Shown one piece after another: positions 30,596-41,555 of a DNA stretch of 64,000 nt. This DNA is from an uncultured Chloroflexia bacterium (lineage in GTDB: Bacteria; Chloroflexota; Limnocylindria; Limnocylindrales; CSP1-4). The position numbers and the translations under genes are program-made. The notes under the pieces were generated by a model. It had not been told where the DNA came from and searched no databases. It saw only the letters and a program-made list of their open reading frames with translations. The first letter of the stretch is position 1; the number at the start of each line of letters is the position of its first letter. The stretch is from positions 44,306 to 108,305 of the forward strand of contig CAVYBB010000001.1 in the NCBI GenBank assembly GCA_963766655.1, given 5' to 3'.

Positions 30596-31601
30596 ATGTC
30601 CTCGATCCCCGCCTCGTTCCGTGCCTTCGTCGCCGAGCGACGTGACGACGCGTTCGTCCGCGGGGTGCGCGACTTCCCGGCGGCCGGCCTGCCGGACGGC
30701 GACGTCGACGTCCGGATCGACTGGTCGAGTGTCAACTACAAGGACGGCCTGGCCGCGATCGCCGAGGGCAAGGTCGCCCGGATCAGCCCGCTCATCCCGG
30801 GAATCGACCTGGCCGGCGAGGTCATCGAGTCCCGCGACGCGGCGTTCGTCCCTGGCCAGGCCGTGCTCGCCCATGGCTACGACATCGGCGTGGCCCGACA
30901 CGGTGGGTTCGGTGAGTTCGCGAGGTTGCCGGGCGGCTACGTCGTGCCGCTCCCCGTGGGCCTGTCCGCGCGGGACGCGATGGCGATCGGGACGGCCGGG
31001 TTCACCGCCGCGATGTCCGTGACCGCGCTGGAGGAGCGCGGACTCCGGCCGGGCGACGGGCCGGTCCTCGTGACGGGCGCGAGCGGCGGTGTCGGGAGCA
31101 GCGCGGTCGCGATCCTCGCTGACGCGTGGGCACGAGGTCTGGGCGGCGACCGGCAAGGCCGACGAGGAGGCCCGGCTCCGGTCGCTCGGTGCCGCCGGGA
31201 TCGTGCCACGCGAGGAGGTCACCGCCGAGAGCCCGCGGCCGCTCGAGTCGGCGCGCTGGGCCGGAGCGATCGATGCGGTCGGCGGCGCGACGCTGCCCTA
31301 CGTCCTGCGGACGCTGCGGACCGGGGCGGCTGTGGCGTCGTCCGGGAATGCGGGCGGCTTCGCTCTCAGCACGACGGTCCTGCCGTTCATCCTGCGCGGC
31401 GTCGCGCTCCTGGGAATGGACTCGTCGGCCGTCCCGATCGACGCCCGGCGAGCGCTCTGGGATCGGCTCGGGAGCGACCTCCGGCCGACCGGACTCGGCG
31501 AGGGTGTGACCGAGGTGACGCTCGAGACGCTGGAGCCGGCACTCGACGGGATCCTCGCCGGCACGGCCCGCGGCCGCTGGATCGTGCGGGTCGCGAGGTA
31601 G
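30596..31601 (+). pseudogene. YhdH/AcuI-like MDR-family NADPH:quinone / acryloyl-CoA reductase, one frameshift
   Basis: The N-terminal part through ...VTGASGGVGSSAVAILA is in ORF 30596... The remainder (GHEVWAATGKADEEARLRSLGA...GRWIVRV) is in ORF 31089..31601. Confidence 0.75.
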
Positions 31602-31638
31602 CGCAGGACCGACGACGCGGCCAGCCGCTCCGCGGACC

Positions 31639-32451
31639 TCAGTCCAACTCGCCGCGCAGCTGCGCGAGTGCCCTCGTCAGCGGCTCGAGTGCGGTGTCGG
31701 CGGGGTAGGGCGTCCTCAGGACTGCGGCGTCGATGCCGATCACGCCCCGGTGGACCAGCCTCGCCAGCTCCGCGACGGCCCTGAACTCGGTCATCTGACG
31801 GACCGCGAACGCGTGATCGCCGATCGAACCGTGGCCAGGGACCACGGCTCCGGTCGCCAGGTCGGCGAGTCGCTCGGAAGTTCCCGGCCAGTCGATCGGG
31901 AAGCCGTCACCGAAGAACGGCGTCGCGTCGTTCTCGAGGAGGTCGCCGGCGAAGAGGACGTCGGCGTCCGGGACAAGGACGACGATGTCGTTGTCGGTGT
32001 GGCCGCGACCGAGATAGCGGAGCTCGACCGACCGACCGCCGGGGTCGATCTCGACGCTCGCCGACTCCACGAACGTCCGCTCGGGCGGATCGAGGATGAC
32101 CTCGGCCAGCTCCGGGGCAAGGTCGGGCAGGGCGGTCGCGGCATAGGTCCGTTGCTGCTCGCCGGTCGAGAGGATCATCCTCACGCAGCCGTCGTGGCCC
32201 CAGATCGCGGCCGGGCGGAAGGCGTGGTTGCCGAAACAGTGGTCGTAGTGCCCGTGGGTGTTGACCACGTGACGGACGGGCAGGGGAGTGATCGCCCGGA
32301 TGTCGGCGATGGTCTCCGCGGCCTGCCGATGGCTGGTGCGCGTATCGATGACGAGTGCGCCCGTCTCGCCAAGGATGACGCCGATGTTCTGGTCGTAGAA
32401 CGCGTAACGCTTGACGAAGACGCGGTCGCCGACCTCGGTCCAGTCGGACAT
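31639..32451 (-). CDS. MBL-fold metallo-hydrolase
   Basis: ATG 32451. Metal motif HVVNTHGHYDH. Confidence 0.8.
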   Translation of the reverse strand: MSDWTEVGDRVFVKRYAFYDQNIGVILGETGALVIDTRTSHRQAAETIADIRAITPLPVRHVVNTHGHYDHCFGNHAFRPAAIWGHDGCVRMILSTGEQQRTYAATALPDLAPELAEVILDPPERTFVESASVEIDPGGRSVELRYLGRGHTDNDIVVLVPDADVLFAGDLLENDATPFFGDGFPIDWPGTSERLADLATGAVVPGHGSIGDHAFAVRQMTEFRAVAELARLVHRGVIGIDAAVLRTPYPADTALEPLTRALAQLRGELD

Positions 32452-32491
32452 GGCGGGCAGCGTAGCCGGTCCGGCGTCTACCATCGCGTCG

Positions 32492-33322
32492 ATGACGTCA
32501 TCGACAGGGTTCGCCACGGCGGCCGACGGGACGCAGCTCCTGGTCCGACGCTGGCCACCGTCGTCTCCCGTGTGGGCGAGCCTCATCCTCGTCCACGGGA
32601 TCGCCGAACATAGCGGGCGCTATGAGCACGTCGGGGCGCGGCTGGCCGATGCCGGATTGGATGTCCTGGCGTACGACCAGCGCGGCTTCGGGGCATCGGA
32701 GGGGCGGCGAGCCTACGTCGCGGCGTGGAGCGTCGTCCACGACGATCTCGCGGAGCAGCTGGCGGCGGTGCGAGAGCGGGCCGGCGGCCGGCCGATCGTC
32801 GTCTACGGGCACTCGCTTGGTGGGCTGATCGCCCTCGGCTACGTCCTGACCGATCGTCCCAAACCGGATCTCCTGGTCCTGTCGGCGCCGGCGATCGCGG
32901 TGGCTATCCCGGCCTGGACGCGGGCCGTGGCCAGGGCGCTCAGCCGGATCGCGCCGACCGCGACGATCAAGAACACGCTCAACGGTGCCGATCTCTCCCG
33001 CGATCCGGCGATCGCCGAAGCCTATCTCGCCGATCCCCTGAACTGCCACATCACGACCACTCGCTTCGCGGCGGTGGCACTGGCCGAGCAGGGCCGCGTC
33101 CAGGCCGCCCTTGGCGAGCTCTCGATCCCGACACTCGTCATCCATGGCGGCGCCGACAGGATCGTTCCCACCGCCAGCAGCGAACGGCTCGCGTCGATCC
33201 CGGGCGTCACCCGGCGAACCTACGCAGACCATCGCCACGAGCTCCACAACGAGTCCGATGGCCTGGCGATCATCGACGACGTGGTCGCCTGGCTCCGCGG
33301 ACAACTTGCCGCCGATGGGTGA
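32492..33322 (+). CDS. alpha/beta hydrolase (lysophospholipase/monoacylglycerol lipase-like)
   Basis: HGIAEHSGRY and GHSLGG motifs. Divergent from the MBL gene. The start is taken at ATG 32492. Confidence 0.8.
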   Translation: MTSSTGFATAADGTQLLVRRWPPSSPVWASLILVHGIAEHSGRYEHVGARLADAGLDVLAYDQRGFGASEGRRAYVAAWSVVHDDLAEQLAAVRERAGGRPIVVYGHSLGGLIALGYVLTDRPKPDLLVLSAPAIAVAIPAWTRAVARALSRIAPTATIKNTLNGADLSRDPAIAEAYLADPLNCHITTTRFAAVALAEQGRVQAALGELSIPTLVIHGGADRIVPTASSERLASIPGVTRRTYADHRHELHNESDGLAIIDDVVAWLRGQLAADG

Positions 33323-33385
33323 CTTCGCGCGACGTTCGATTTCGGAGGATTCGCGCGGAGTGCTACGATGCCGGCAACTGAATAT

Positions 33386-33480
33386 CGCCTCCGGGGAGCG
33401 CCTCGTGCGCTGAGAGTGTGGCCGAAGCCACAGACCCGCCGAACCTGATCTGGCTCATACCAGCGAAGGAAGCAGGCCGT
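33386..33480 (+). promoter_or_regulatory. TPP (THI-box) riboswitch
   Basis: GGGGAGCGCC..GCGCUGAGA...GACCC..GAACCUGAUCUGGCUCAUACCAGCGAAGGAAG matches the TPP aptamer core. It lies upstream of an NMT1/THI5-like binding protein. Confidence 0.88.
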
Positions 33481-33521
33481 TCGAATCTCGATGCCGTCCC
33501 GGAATCCGGGGCGGCGTTTGC

Positions 33522-34619
33522 GTGTTGGAGAGAGTCCACGTGAAGATCACAGCAGTCCTCCTCGTCGCAGTGCTGGTGGCCGGCTGCGGCTCGACGCCGG
33601 CCGCGACCGGCACGGCCCAACCATCGGCATCCTCGCCGCCCGCGGCATCGGGCTCGGCGCCATCCTCGGCGCCGCCCTCGGCGACCCCGACGCCGGCCAC
33701 GGTTCGACTCGCCCTGGACTGGACCCCGAACACCGACCACACGGGCTTCTACGTCGCGCGGGCCAAGGGCTGGTACGACGACGCCGGCATCGACCTGCAG
33801 GTCCTGCCGTATGCCAGCGCGACACCGGAGACGCTCCTCGCGGCCCACCAGGCGGAGTGCGGGATCAGCTTCCAGGACTCGCTGACGTTCGCGGTCGCGG
33901 CCGGAGCCGACATCGTCAGCGTCGCCGCGATCCTCCAGAAGACCGCGTCCGCGATCGGCGTCCTCGCCGCCGGCCCGATCACCCGGCCGAGCCAGCTCGA
34001 CGGCAAGACCTACGCCGGGTTCGGCTACCCGAACGAGGTCCCGACGCTCACAGCGGTCATCAAGGCGGACGGGGGCAAGGGGGACTTCACCGTCGCCACC
34101 CTCAACGGCGCGGCCTACGAGGCGCTCTACAACAAGCAGGCGGACTTCACGATTCCGTTCACGGCCTGGGAGGGCGTCGAGGCCGACCTGCGCGGGATCG
34201 ACCTGCGCTACTTCCAGTTCTCGGACTACGGCTTCCCCGAGTTCTACCAGGTCGTCCTCGCCTGCGATCGCGAGTGGCTCACGCGAGAGCCCGACGCCGC
34301 CCGCCGCTTCGTCGCCGCGACGGTCCAGGGATTCGAGTTCGCGGCCAGGGAGCCGGACGCGGCCGCGGCGATCCTCATGTCGGAGAACCCCGGGGTCTTC
34401 GACTCGAACAAGGAGCTGCCGGCCGCGAGCCAGCGCTACCTCGTCGACGGGGGCTACCTGCTCGACGCCGGCGGCAGGTTCGGGACCAGACGCTGGCGCG
34501 CTGGCAGGGCTACTCCGGCTTCCTGTACGAGCAGGGGCTCCTGGCCGACGGCCGGGGCAAGGCGCTGACGCGCGCCGCCCGACTACGCGTCGCTCTTCAC
34601 GAACGACTTCCTGCCGTGA
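33522..34619 (+). pseudogene. NMT1/THI5-like (ThiY-type) ABC substrate-binding lipoprotein, two frameshifts near the 3' end
   Basis: Lipobox LVAGCGS. The body is intact to about 34485. Then QTLARWQGYSGFLYEQGLL and PDYASLFTNDFLP-stop are in other frames. Confidence 0.7.
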
Positions 34620-35424
34620 CCGACCGGCTGGCCCGCGGCGTGGCGGCGATTCGGGCCGCCGGTCATCCTGGTCGCTGGGCTGCTCGTGCTGTGGGAGGCC
34701 TATTCGAGGGCCTCGGGGCTCAGCCATTTCGTGCTCCCGTCGCCGTCCGGCGTCATCGCCTCGCTCTGGGACAGCCGGGATCTCGCCGTCCGCCACACGG
34801 TGCCGACGATCATCGAGACGGTGACCGGGCTCGCGGTGTCGATCGCATTTGCCGTCGCTGCGGCCGTGGCCATGGATCGGGTCGGGATCGTCCGCCGGGC
34901 CGTGGAGCCCATGCTCGTCGCCTCGCAGACGATCCCGATCGTGGCCGTCGCCCCGCTGATCGTGGTCTGGTTCGGCTTCGGGCTGCTCCCAAGGTCCTCG
35001 TCGTCGTCCTCGTCACGTTCTTTCCGATCACGGTGGCGCTCCTCGCCGGCTTCTCGTCGGCGGAGGCTGCCGCGACCGACCTGATGCGTTCGTTCGGCGC
35101 ATCGTCGTGGCAGACGTTCCGCAAGCTGCGCTGGCCGTCGGGGCTGCCCGGCGCTGTTCACGGGCCTCCGGATCTCCGCGACGTATGCGGTCGTCGCGCG
35201 CCGTCTTCGCCGAGTACGTCGGCGCCACCGACGGCCTGGGCATCTGGATGCAGCTCTCGCAGAGGTCCTTCCGGACCGACCTGGTGTTCGCCGCGATCCT
35301 GCTGACCGCGATCCTCAGCATCGCGCTCTACGCGCTCGTCGTGGCGGCCGAGCGGGCGGCGATTCCCTGGTATCGCGCGTCCCGCGCGGCGCGCCTGCCG
35401 GAACGACCTTCCGAAGCGGCGTAA
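34616..35424 (+). pseudogene. ThiX-type ABC permease, at least three frameshifts
   Basis: Segments PPVILVAGLLVLWEAY..., PKVLVVVLVTFFPITV..., ALFTGLRISATYAVV and AVFAEYVGATDGLGIWM... lie in different frames. Confidence 0.7.
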
Positions 35425-35516
35425 CGTAGGGCGTACAACCCCGGGAACGATCAACGCAAGCCAACGCGAGCTGGCGCCGCCGTGCCGCGCGCAGCCGCAG
35501 CAGGAGGGCCCCCGAC

Positions 35517-36972
35517 ATGACCGACGTGATCGAGCGCGTCAAGACCTACCAGCAGTTCATCGGCGGCGAGTTCGTCGATTCTGCGTCGGGCGAGACGCTC
35601 GACGTCGAGAACCCGGCGAACGGGCAGGTCATCGCCAGGGTGCCGGCGTCCGCCGACGAGGATGTCAACCGGGCGGTCGAGGCGGCCGACAAGGCGTTCC
35701 AGACCTGGCGCCAGACGACGCCACAGGATCGGAGCCTGATCCTGCTCAAGATCGCCGATGCCCTCGAGGCGAATGCCGACGAGCTCGGCCGGCTGGAGTC
35801 CGCGAACGCAGGCAAGCCGGTCGGCGCCGCGATCGACGAGATCGCCGTCTGCGCCGATCTCTTCCGCTTCTTCGCCGGGGCGGCGCGGGTCATGGACGGC
35901 CTCGCGGCGAACGAGTTCCTGGCCGGCCACACCTCGATCATCCGGCGCGACCCGATCGGCGTCGTCGCGAGCATCGCCCCGTGGAACTACCCGCTCTACA
36001 TGGCCTCGTGGAAGCTCGGCCCGGCGCTGGCGACCGGCAACACCGTCGTCCTCAAGCCGTCGATCCGGACGCCGCTGACCGCGCTGCGCTTCGCCGAGAT
36101 CCTGGCCGAGCACCTGCCGTCCGGCGTCGTCAATGTCCTGTCGGGCTCCGGTTCCGCGATCGGCGACACGCTCGTCGGCCACCCCAAGGTCCGGATGATC
36201 TCGATCACCGGCGACACCGCGACCGGCAAGCGGATCGCCCAGATCGCGGCCGGGACCGTCAAGCGTCTGCACCTCGAGCTCGGCGGCAAGGCTCCCGTGA
36301 TCATCTTCGACGACGCCGATCTCGACCTCGCCGCCGAGACGCTCAAGGCCGCCGGCTACTGGAACAGCGGCCAGGACTGCACCGCCGCGACCCGCGTCAT
36401 CGCCGGGCCCGGCGGTCTACGACGGCTTCGTCTGCGAAGCTGGCCGACCAGGTCCGCTCGATCAAGTGGGGCGACCCGGCCGAGGCGGACGACCTCGACA
36501 TGGGCTCGCTGATCGCTCCCGCCCAGGCCGACAAGGTCCAGGGCATGGTCGATCGCGCGCGCGGCTCGGGGCGGAGGTGGTCGTCGGCGGCGTCCGACCG
36601 GATCGGCCGGGCGCGTACTACGAGCCGACGGTCATCGCCGGCCCGGACCAGAAGTCCGAGATCATCCAGGACGAGATCTTCGGGCCGGTCGTCACGGTCC
36701 AGCGGTTCAGCGACGAGGACCAGGCCGTCGCCTGGGCCAACGACACGCCGTACGGCCTCGCCTCGTCGCTGTTCACCAGCGACATCGGCAAGGCGATGCG
36801 CGTCGCCAAGGCGCTCGAGTTCGGACACGTCTGGATCAACGAGCACTTCACGCTCGCCTCGGAGACGCCCCACGGCGGCGTGAAGCAGTCCGGCTACGGC
36901 AAGGACGGCTCCAAGTACGCGCTCGAGGACTACACGTTCGTCAAGCACGTGATGATCAACACCGGGGTCTGA
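35517..36972 (+). pseudogene. NAD-dependent aldehyde dehydrogenase, about three frameshifts
   Basis: Intact through ELGGKAP...GQDCTAATRVIAGPG. Then VYDGFV, then AKLADQVRSIKWGDP..., and then AEVVVGG...EIFGPVV...PHGGVKQSGYG are in other frames. Confidence 0.8.
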
Positions 36973-36989
36973 ACGCTCGCGCACAGGCG

Positions 36990-37944
36990 TCAACCGGCGA
37001 GGCGGACGAGCTCCTCGCGGATCTCGCCGAGCCGGTCGATCGTCGCCGATGTCCCACGGCGAGCGGAACACGAAGATCGGGTGGCGGAAGCCGACGGCGG
37101 CATAGTCGACGAGCGCCGCCGCGATCTCGTTCTGGCGCCCGAGGGCGATCCGGCTCTCCCACGCCGTCGGCTGGTGGGTCGCGAGGTAGGAGCCCCAGAC
37201 TGCCTCGGCTTCAGCGCGTGATTCGCGCACGACCGCATTCATCGTGAACGTCCGCTCGATCTCCGCGGGGTCGCGACCACCGCTCCGCAGTGCTCGACGA
37301 GGATCGCGTCGCTGGCCGCCAGCGTGGCGGGCGTCCCGTACGCGTTCCAGAGATCGGCGTGTAGGGCGACCGTCCGGAGCGTCTTGCGCGGGCCTGATCC
37401 GCCGATGAGGATCGGCAGGCGCTCCTGGATCGGTCGCGGTTCGCAGAGGGCGTCGCTGAAGCGTAGAAGCGGCCCGTCGTGGCTGAACCGCTCGCCGTCG
37501 AGCAGGCGGCGGACATGCCTACTGCCTCCTCGAGCCGATCGAGGCGCTCGCCGAAGCCGCTGCCGAAGTCGATCCCGAAGGCCTCATGCTCTCGTTCGAA
37601 CCACCCGCCACCGAGCCCCAGCACGGAGCGCCCGCCGCTGATCTGGTCGACGGTCGTCGCGAGCTTGGCCGTGAGACCGGGGTTGCGGAACGTATTCGCC
37701 GCGACGAGCAGGCCGATCTGTGCCCGGCTGGTCGTGGCCGCGAGGCGGCCAGCGTCGCCCAGCCCTCGAGCTTGCCGTCGTCCGCGTCGCCCTCATCGCA
37801 GAGGAGGTGGTCGTCGACCCAGACGCTGTCGGCGCCGGCCTGCTCGGCGGCAACGACGGCATCGCGGAGGCTCGGCCAGTCGGTCCGCTGGATCCAGAAT
37901 GCCGCGCCGATCCGGATCGGGTGGGGTGGCACGGGTGGCTGCAT
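36990..37944 (-). pseudogene. LLM-class (luciferase-like, probably F420-dependent) oxidoreductase, several frameshifts
   Basis: The blocks IRIGAAFWIQRTDWPSL...DSVWVDDHL, LGLGGGWFEREHEAFGIDFG, and the C-terminal FRHPIFVF...IDRLGEIREELVRLAG-stop are spread over three minus frames. Confidence 0.65.
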
Positions 37945-37967
37945 CGGATCGATGCTACGCTCGGGCG

Positions 37968-38826
37968 ATGGTCGTGAGCGGGCGCAGCATCAGTCTCCGC
38001 CTGTTCCGCTGGCACGAATCCGCGCGCCGTCCGCTCCTGATCCGGGAGGCGGCGACCCCGTGGGAGATCCTGGTCGCCGAGGTCATGTCCCAGCAGACCG
38101 GGATCGAGCGAGTCGGGCCGGCCTGGCGGCGGTTCATCGAGCGCTGGCCGGCGCCGGCCGATCTCGCCGAGCGCCGGCACCCACGAACTCCTCGCGGCCT
38201 GGGCCGGGCTCGGGTACAACCGGCGCGCCCTCGCACTGCGGCAGGCGGCCCGCTCGATCGTCGCGGACCACGCGGGCCGCGTGCCCGGAACCGTCGAGGC
38301 CCTGGAGCGGCTCCCCGGGATCGGGCCGTACACCGCACGTGCCGATCGCCGGCGTCGGCCTTCGGCGTGCCCGTCGCGCCGCTCGACGTGAACGTCCGGC
38401 GCGTCCTGTCCCGGGTGCTCGGCGTTCCTCCGACGATGCCCGGGCTGCAGGCGGCCGGGGACGGCCTGGTGTCACGCGGCCAGCCCGGCCGCTGGCTCGA
38501 TGCCGTCATGGACCTGGCCAGCCGCGACGTGCCTGCCTCGCGCGCCGCGCTGCGACGCGTGTCCTCTCGCCGACGCTGTGCGCGTCCCGCGGCGAGGCCG
38601 TCGCCCGGCAGGCCGGCTGAGCCGCGGCGTGCCCTTCCCGCCACGACGCGCTGGCTTCGGGGGCGCCTCGTCGCGGCCCTGGCCACGGGCGCCGTCGGGG
38701 ACGTGGGTGCCGCTGCCTGACCGCCTGGGCGACCACGACGCGGAAGCGATCGGCGCGGCTGCGCGGCGCCTCGAGCGCGAGGGGTTCCTGGATCTGCGCG
38801 CCGGCGAGGCTCGCGTGCGGGAGTAA
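37968..38826 (+). pseudogene. mutY: A/G-specific adenine DNA glycosylase (MutY-like, HhH-GPD), several frameshifts
   Basis: The blocks PWEILVAEVMSQQT, WAGLGYNRRA, LPGIGPYTA, APLDVNVRRVLSR and the Cys cluster C..P.C..CPL lie in different frames. Confidence 0.7.
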
Positions 38827-38903
38827 TCCGGACGGTCGAGCGGCGCTCACCCGATTCGGGCTATACGGTCCTCTTGTAGGCGGACACCCAGCCCGGAGCG
38901 TTG

Positions 38904-39418
38904 ATGCACACTGCCGAGGTGATCGAGGGCGCCGGCTGACTCCGGCACTCGCGACGCGCTGGTCGACGAGCTGTACGGACACGGACCGATGCTCCTTGCC
39001 GCGGCCCGGGTGATCACGCTCGACAAGGACGAAGCCGAGGATCTCGTGCAGACCACGTTCGAGATCGCTCTCCGCCGCCTCGACGGGCTCCGCGAGCCGC
39101 GCGCTCTGCGTGCGTGGCTTCTCACGATCCAGGCCCGGGAGGCGTTCCGGGTGATTCGCAGGCTGCGACGACTCGTGAGCCTCGACGCTCGCGTTGGCGA
39201 GATCGCCACCCACGGCACCGGATCTCGCCCAACGCGCCGACGTCCGCCAGGCCCTCTCGAGCCTTCCGCGGCGGACCCGTGCCGCGATTGCCCTCCACTA
39301 CCTTGCGGGGCTCACCGTCCCGGAGACCGCCAGTGCCTTGGGCGTCAGCGAGAACACGATCAAGAGCCAGTTGAAAACCGGCCTCGGCCGGCTACGAGAG
39401 GAGCTTCGAGATGGCTGA
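38904..39418 (+). pseudogene. ECF-type sigma-70 family factor, two frameshifts
   Basis: Region 2 is DEAEDLVQTTFEIALRR. Region 4 (LPRRTRAAIALHYLAGLTVPETASALGVSENTIKSQL) is in ORF 39194..39418. The N-terminus is in a third frame. Confidence 0.7.
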
Positions 39419-40690
39419 CCTGCCGTCCGAGCCTGACTGCTGACGCCCGGCTGCGCGACTTCCTGGCGGCCGAGCTGCGCCAGGCGGAGCTCGACTTCCC
39501 GCGCCTGGCGGCGGCCGCAGCGCGGCCGGCGCGTCGGGGCCTCACCGTCGTCATCGTCGCCGCCGCGGTCGCGCTGCATGCCTTCGTGGTCGTCGGGTCC
39601 CGGTGCTGGAGCGAACCTGGTTCGGGACCGGCGGGACGCCGATCGGCGCGGACGGGCTACCGCTCTCGATCGACGGTGAGCCGGTCCTGCGCGGCGACGA
39701 GATCGCGGCGCGCCTGCCGGGGGGCGCCGTACCTCGCCGGCGGCACCCTCGTCCTCGACACGTCGCCATGCATGTCCCGGTAGGCCCGCGCGCAGCTCGG
39801 CTGCGGCGAGGGCTGGGAGCTCATCGCGGGCCCGATCGACAACCCGACGGCCGTCTTCGTTCTCGATGGCGTCACCGGCTGCCTCCGGGCTTCGTTCGCA
39901 CGTCGGGTGCGCCGACGGTCGCTCGCGTCCGCGCGTGGACGTCGCGCAGCGGGCGACGCTGAGCAGCGAGATCTGGTCGTGGAGGCGGTCGCGTGGCGGC
40001 AGCCGACGAAGGGACCGATCCCCCTGGACGCGACGCCGCCCGAGGGGGGCACCATGAACGACGCCCTCGTGCCCGACTTCGTGTCCGCGTGGGATCGCGA
40101 CGGCGTGACGATCGCTGGCTACGTGCCGAAGCGATACATCCTCGCCGGGCCCGATCTCACGCCGGGGCAGCCCGTCCAACCCGCCCCAGCCGCTGCCGGA
40201 GCCCGTCTACGGCGAGGACCTGACCACCCTCGTCGGGCACATGGTGCCGGGCGTTGGTTTCGTCGCCCTGGGATCGACAGCGGTCCGGCCGCCGACTCGA
40301 GTCGCCCGGTCCGCGGCCCCGCGTCCGCCGCGCGCCTCCCCGAGCGCCGCGCCATCGGTGTCTGTCGCACCAGTCGTGGACTGCGGGCGCATCTCGTCCG
40401 ATGCCTGCGCCCAGGCCATCGCCCTGGCGCGGGCAGGACACGAGGCGGACGTTGCCGGCGCCACTCGCATCGTCGTGGACGACACCTGCGCGCCGCGGGC
40501 CCTCTGCGACCGCCTCTACCCGTTCGACAGCGTCGTGGTCTTCGTGACCGCGGGCGCCGACTCGACCGGTTGGTACGCGTTCCACGTCTTCGGGCTTGAG
40601 TACAACGCACCGACCGGCGCCGAGCCGTGGCAAGGCGACCTGCCGACCTTCATTGTTCAGCGGCTCCGGGAACCGCAGCCCGCGCCCTGA
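39415..40690 (+). pseudogene. anti-sigma / secreted protein region broken into several frames
   Basis: ATGG overlap with the sigma stop. The TM-like LTVVIVAAAVALHAFVVVG and later protein-like blocks (DFVSAWDRDGVTIAGYVPKRYIL; CGRISSDACAQAIALARAG...WYAFHVFG) lie in three frames. Confidence 0.35.
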
Positions 40691-40874
40691 GCGCCTGACC
40701 CGACCGCCGCAGAGGTCCGAGCGAGCCGCTAGGCTTGGCCGGTGATGACACCTGCCCGCGCGACAGCCGGTTCGATGGCGGCGCCGCCGCTGCCCGCCGA
40801 CGATCCGGGCCTGTTCGAGCTCGATCTGCGCGGCCTCCGTCGCCCGCTGGTCGGCGACCTCGAGCCTGCCGCCG

Positions 40875-41555
40875 ATGAGCGCCCAGGCAATGATCGGCGC
40901 AGATCTGAAGGCCCAGCTGCTCGGCGTCCCCGGGGAGCGGCTCATGGAACAGGCCGGGACGGCAACCGCCGCCGCGGCGCGCGCCCTCGCGATCGAGACC
41001 GACCGCTGGCTGAAGGGGCCGATCGTCGTCTTCGCCGGACCCGGCAACAACGGAGGTGACGGCTTCGTCGCCGCCCGCCGTCTCGCGAAGGCGGGAGCGC
41101 AGGTCGTGGTCGCGTTCGTCGCCGGGGAGGGCCGGCCGAAGGGCCAGGACGCCGCCCGGAACTGGGATCGCGTCGTGCGCGTGTCCGGCGTGACGCTGAT
41201 TCATGCGCCAGCGAGTCGAGACCTGGCGATCCTCGGGCAGGGGATCGAGAAGGCGTCGATCGTCGTCGACGCGCTCCTCGGAACCGGCGTGAGCGGGGAG
41301 CTCCGCGAACCGATCCGGAGCGCCGTCGAGCTGATCAACCGGGCCAGGGGTTCGATGGTCCCCGTCCTCGCCGTCGACACGCCAACGGCCGTCGACCTCT
41401 CGAGCGGCCAGCCGTCGGATCCGGCCGTCCGGGCCGACCTGACGATCACCTTCCATCGCCCAAAGACCGGCCTGCGGACCCGGATGGGCGCCGCCCTCGC
41501 CGGGCGGATCCTCGTCGCCCCGATCGGCATCCCGCCGGAGGCGGATCGTGGCTGA
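40875..41555 (+). CDS. nnrE: NAD(P)H-hydrate epimerase (YjeF N-terminal domain)
   Basis: FAGPGNNGGDGFVAAR and DALLGTG motifs. 226 aa. Confidence 0.8.
   Translation: MSAQAMIGADLKAQLLGVPGERLMEQAGTATAAAARALAIETDRWLKGPIVVFAGPGNNGGDGFVAARRLAKAGAQVVVAFVAGEGRPKGQDAARNWDRVVRVSGVTLIHAPASRDLAILGQGIEKASIVVDALLGTGVSGELREPIRSAVELINRARGSMVPVLAVDTPTAVDLSSGQPSDPAVRADLTITFHRPKTGLRTRMGAALAGRILVAPIGIPPEADRG

Noticed and set aside
30346-30645. ORF encoding GAGRGGAGRGG repeats.
   Set aside because: It is the translation of the 15-bp G-rich tandem repeat in an intergenic region. There is no RBS and no protein-like flanks.
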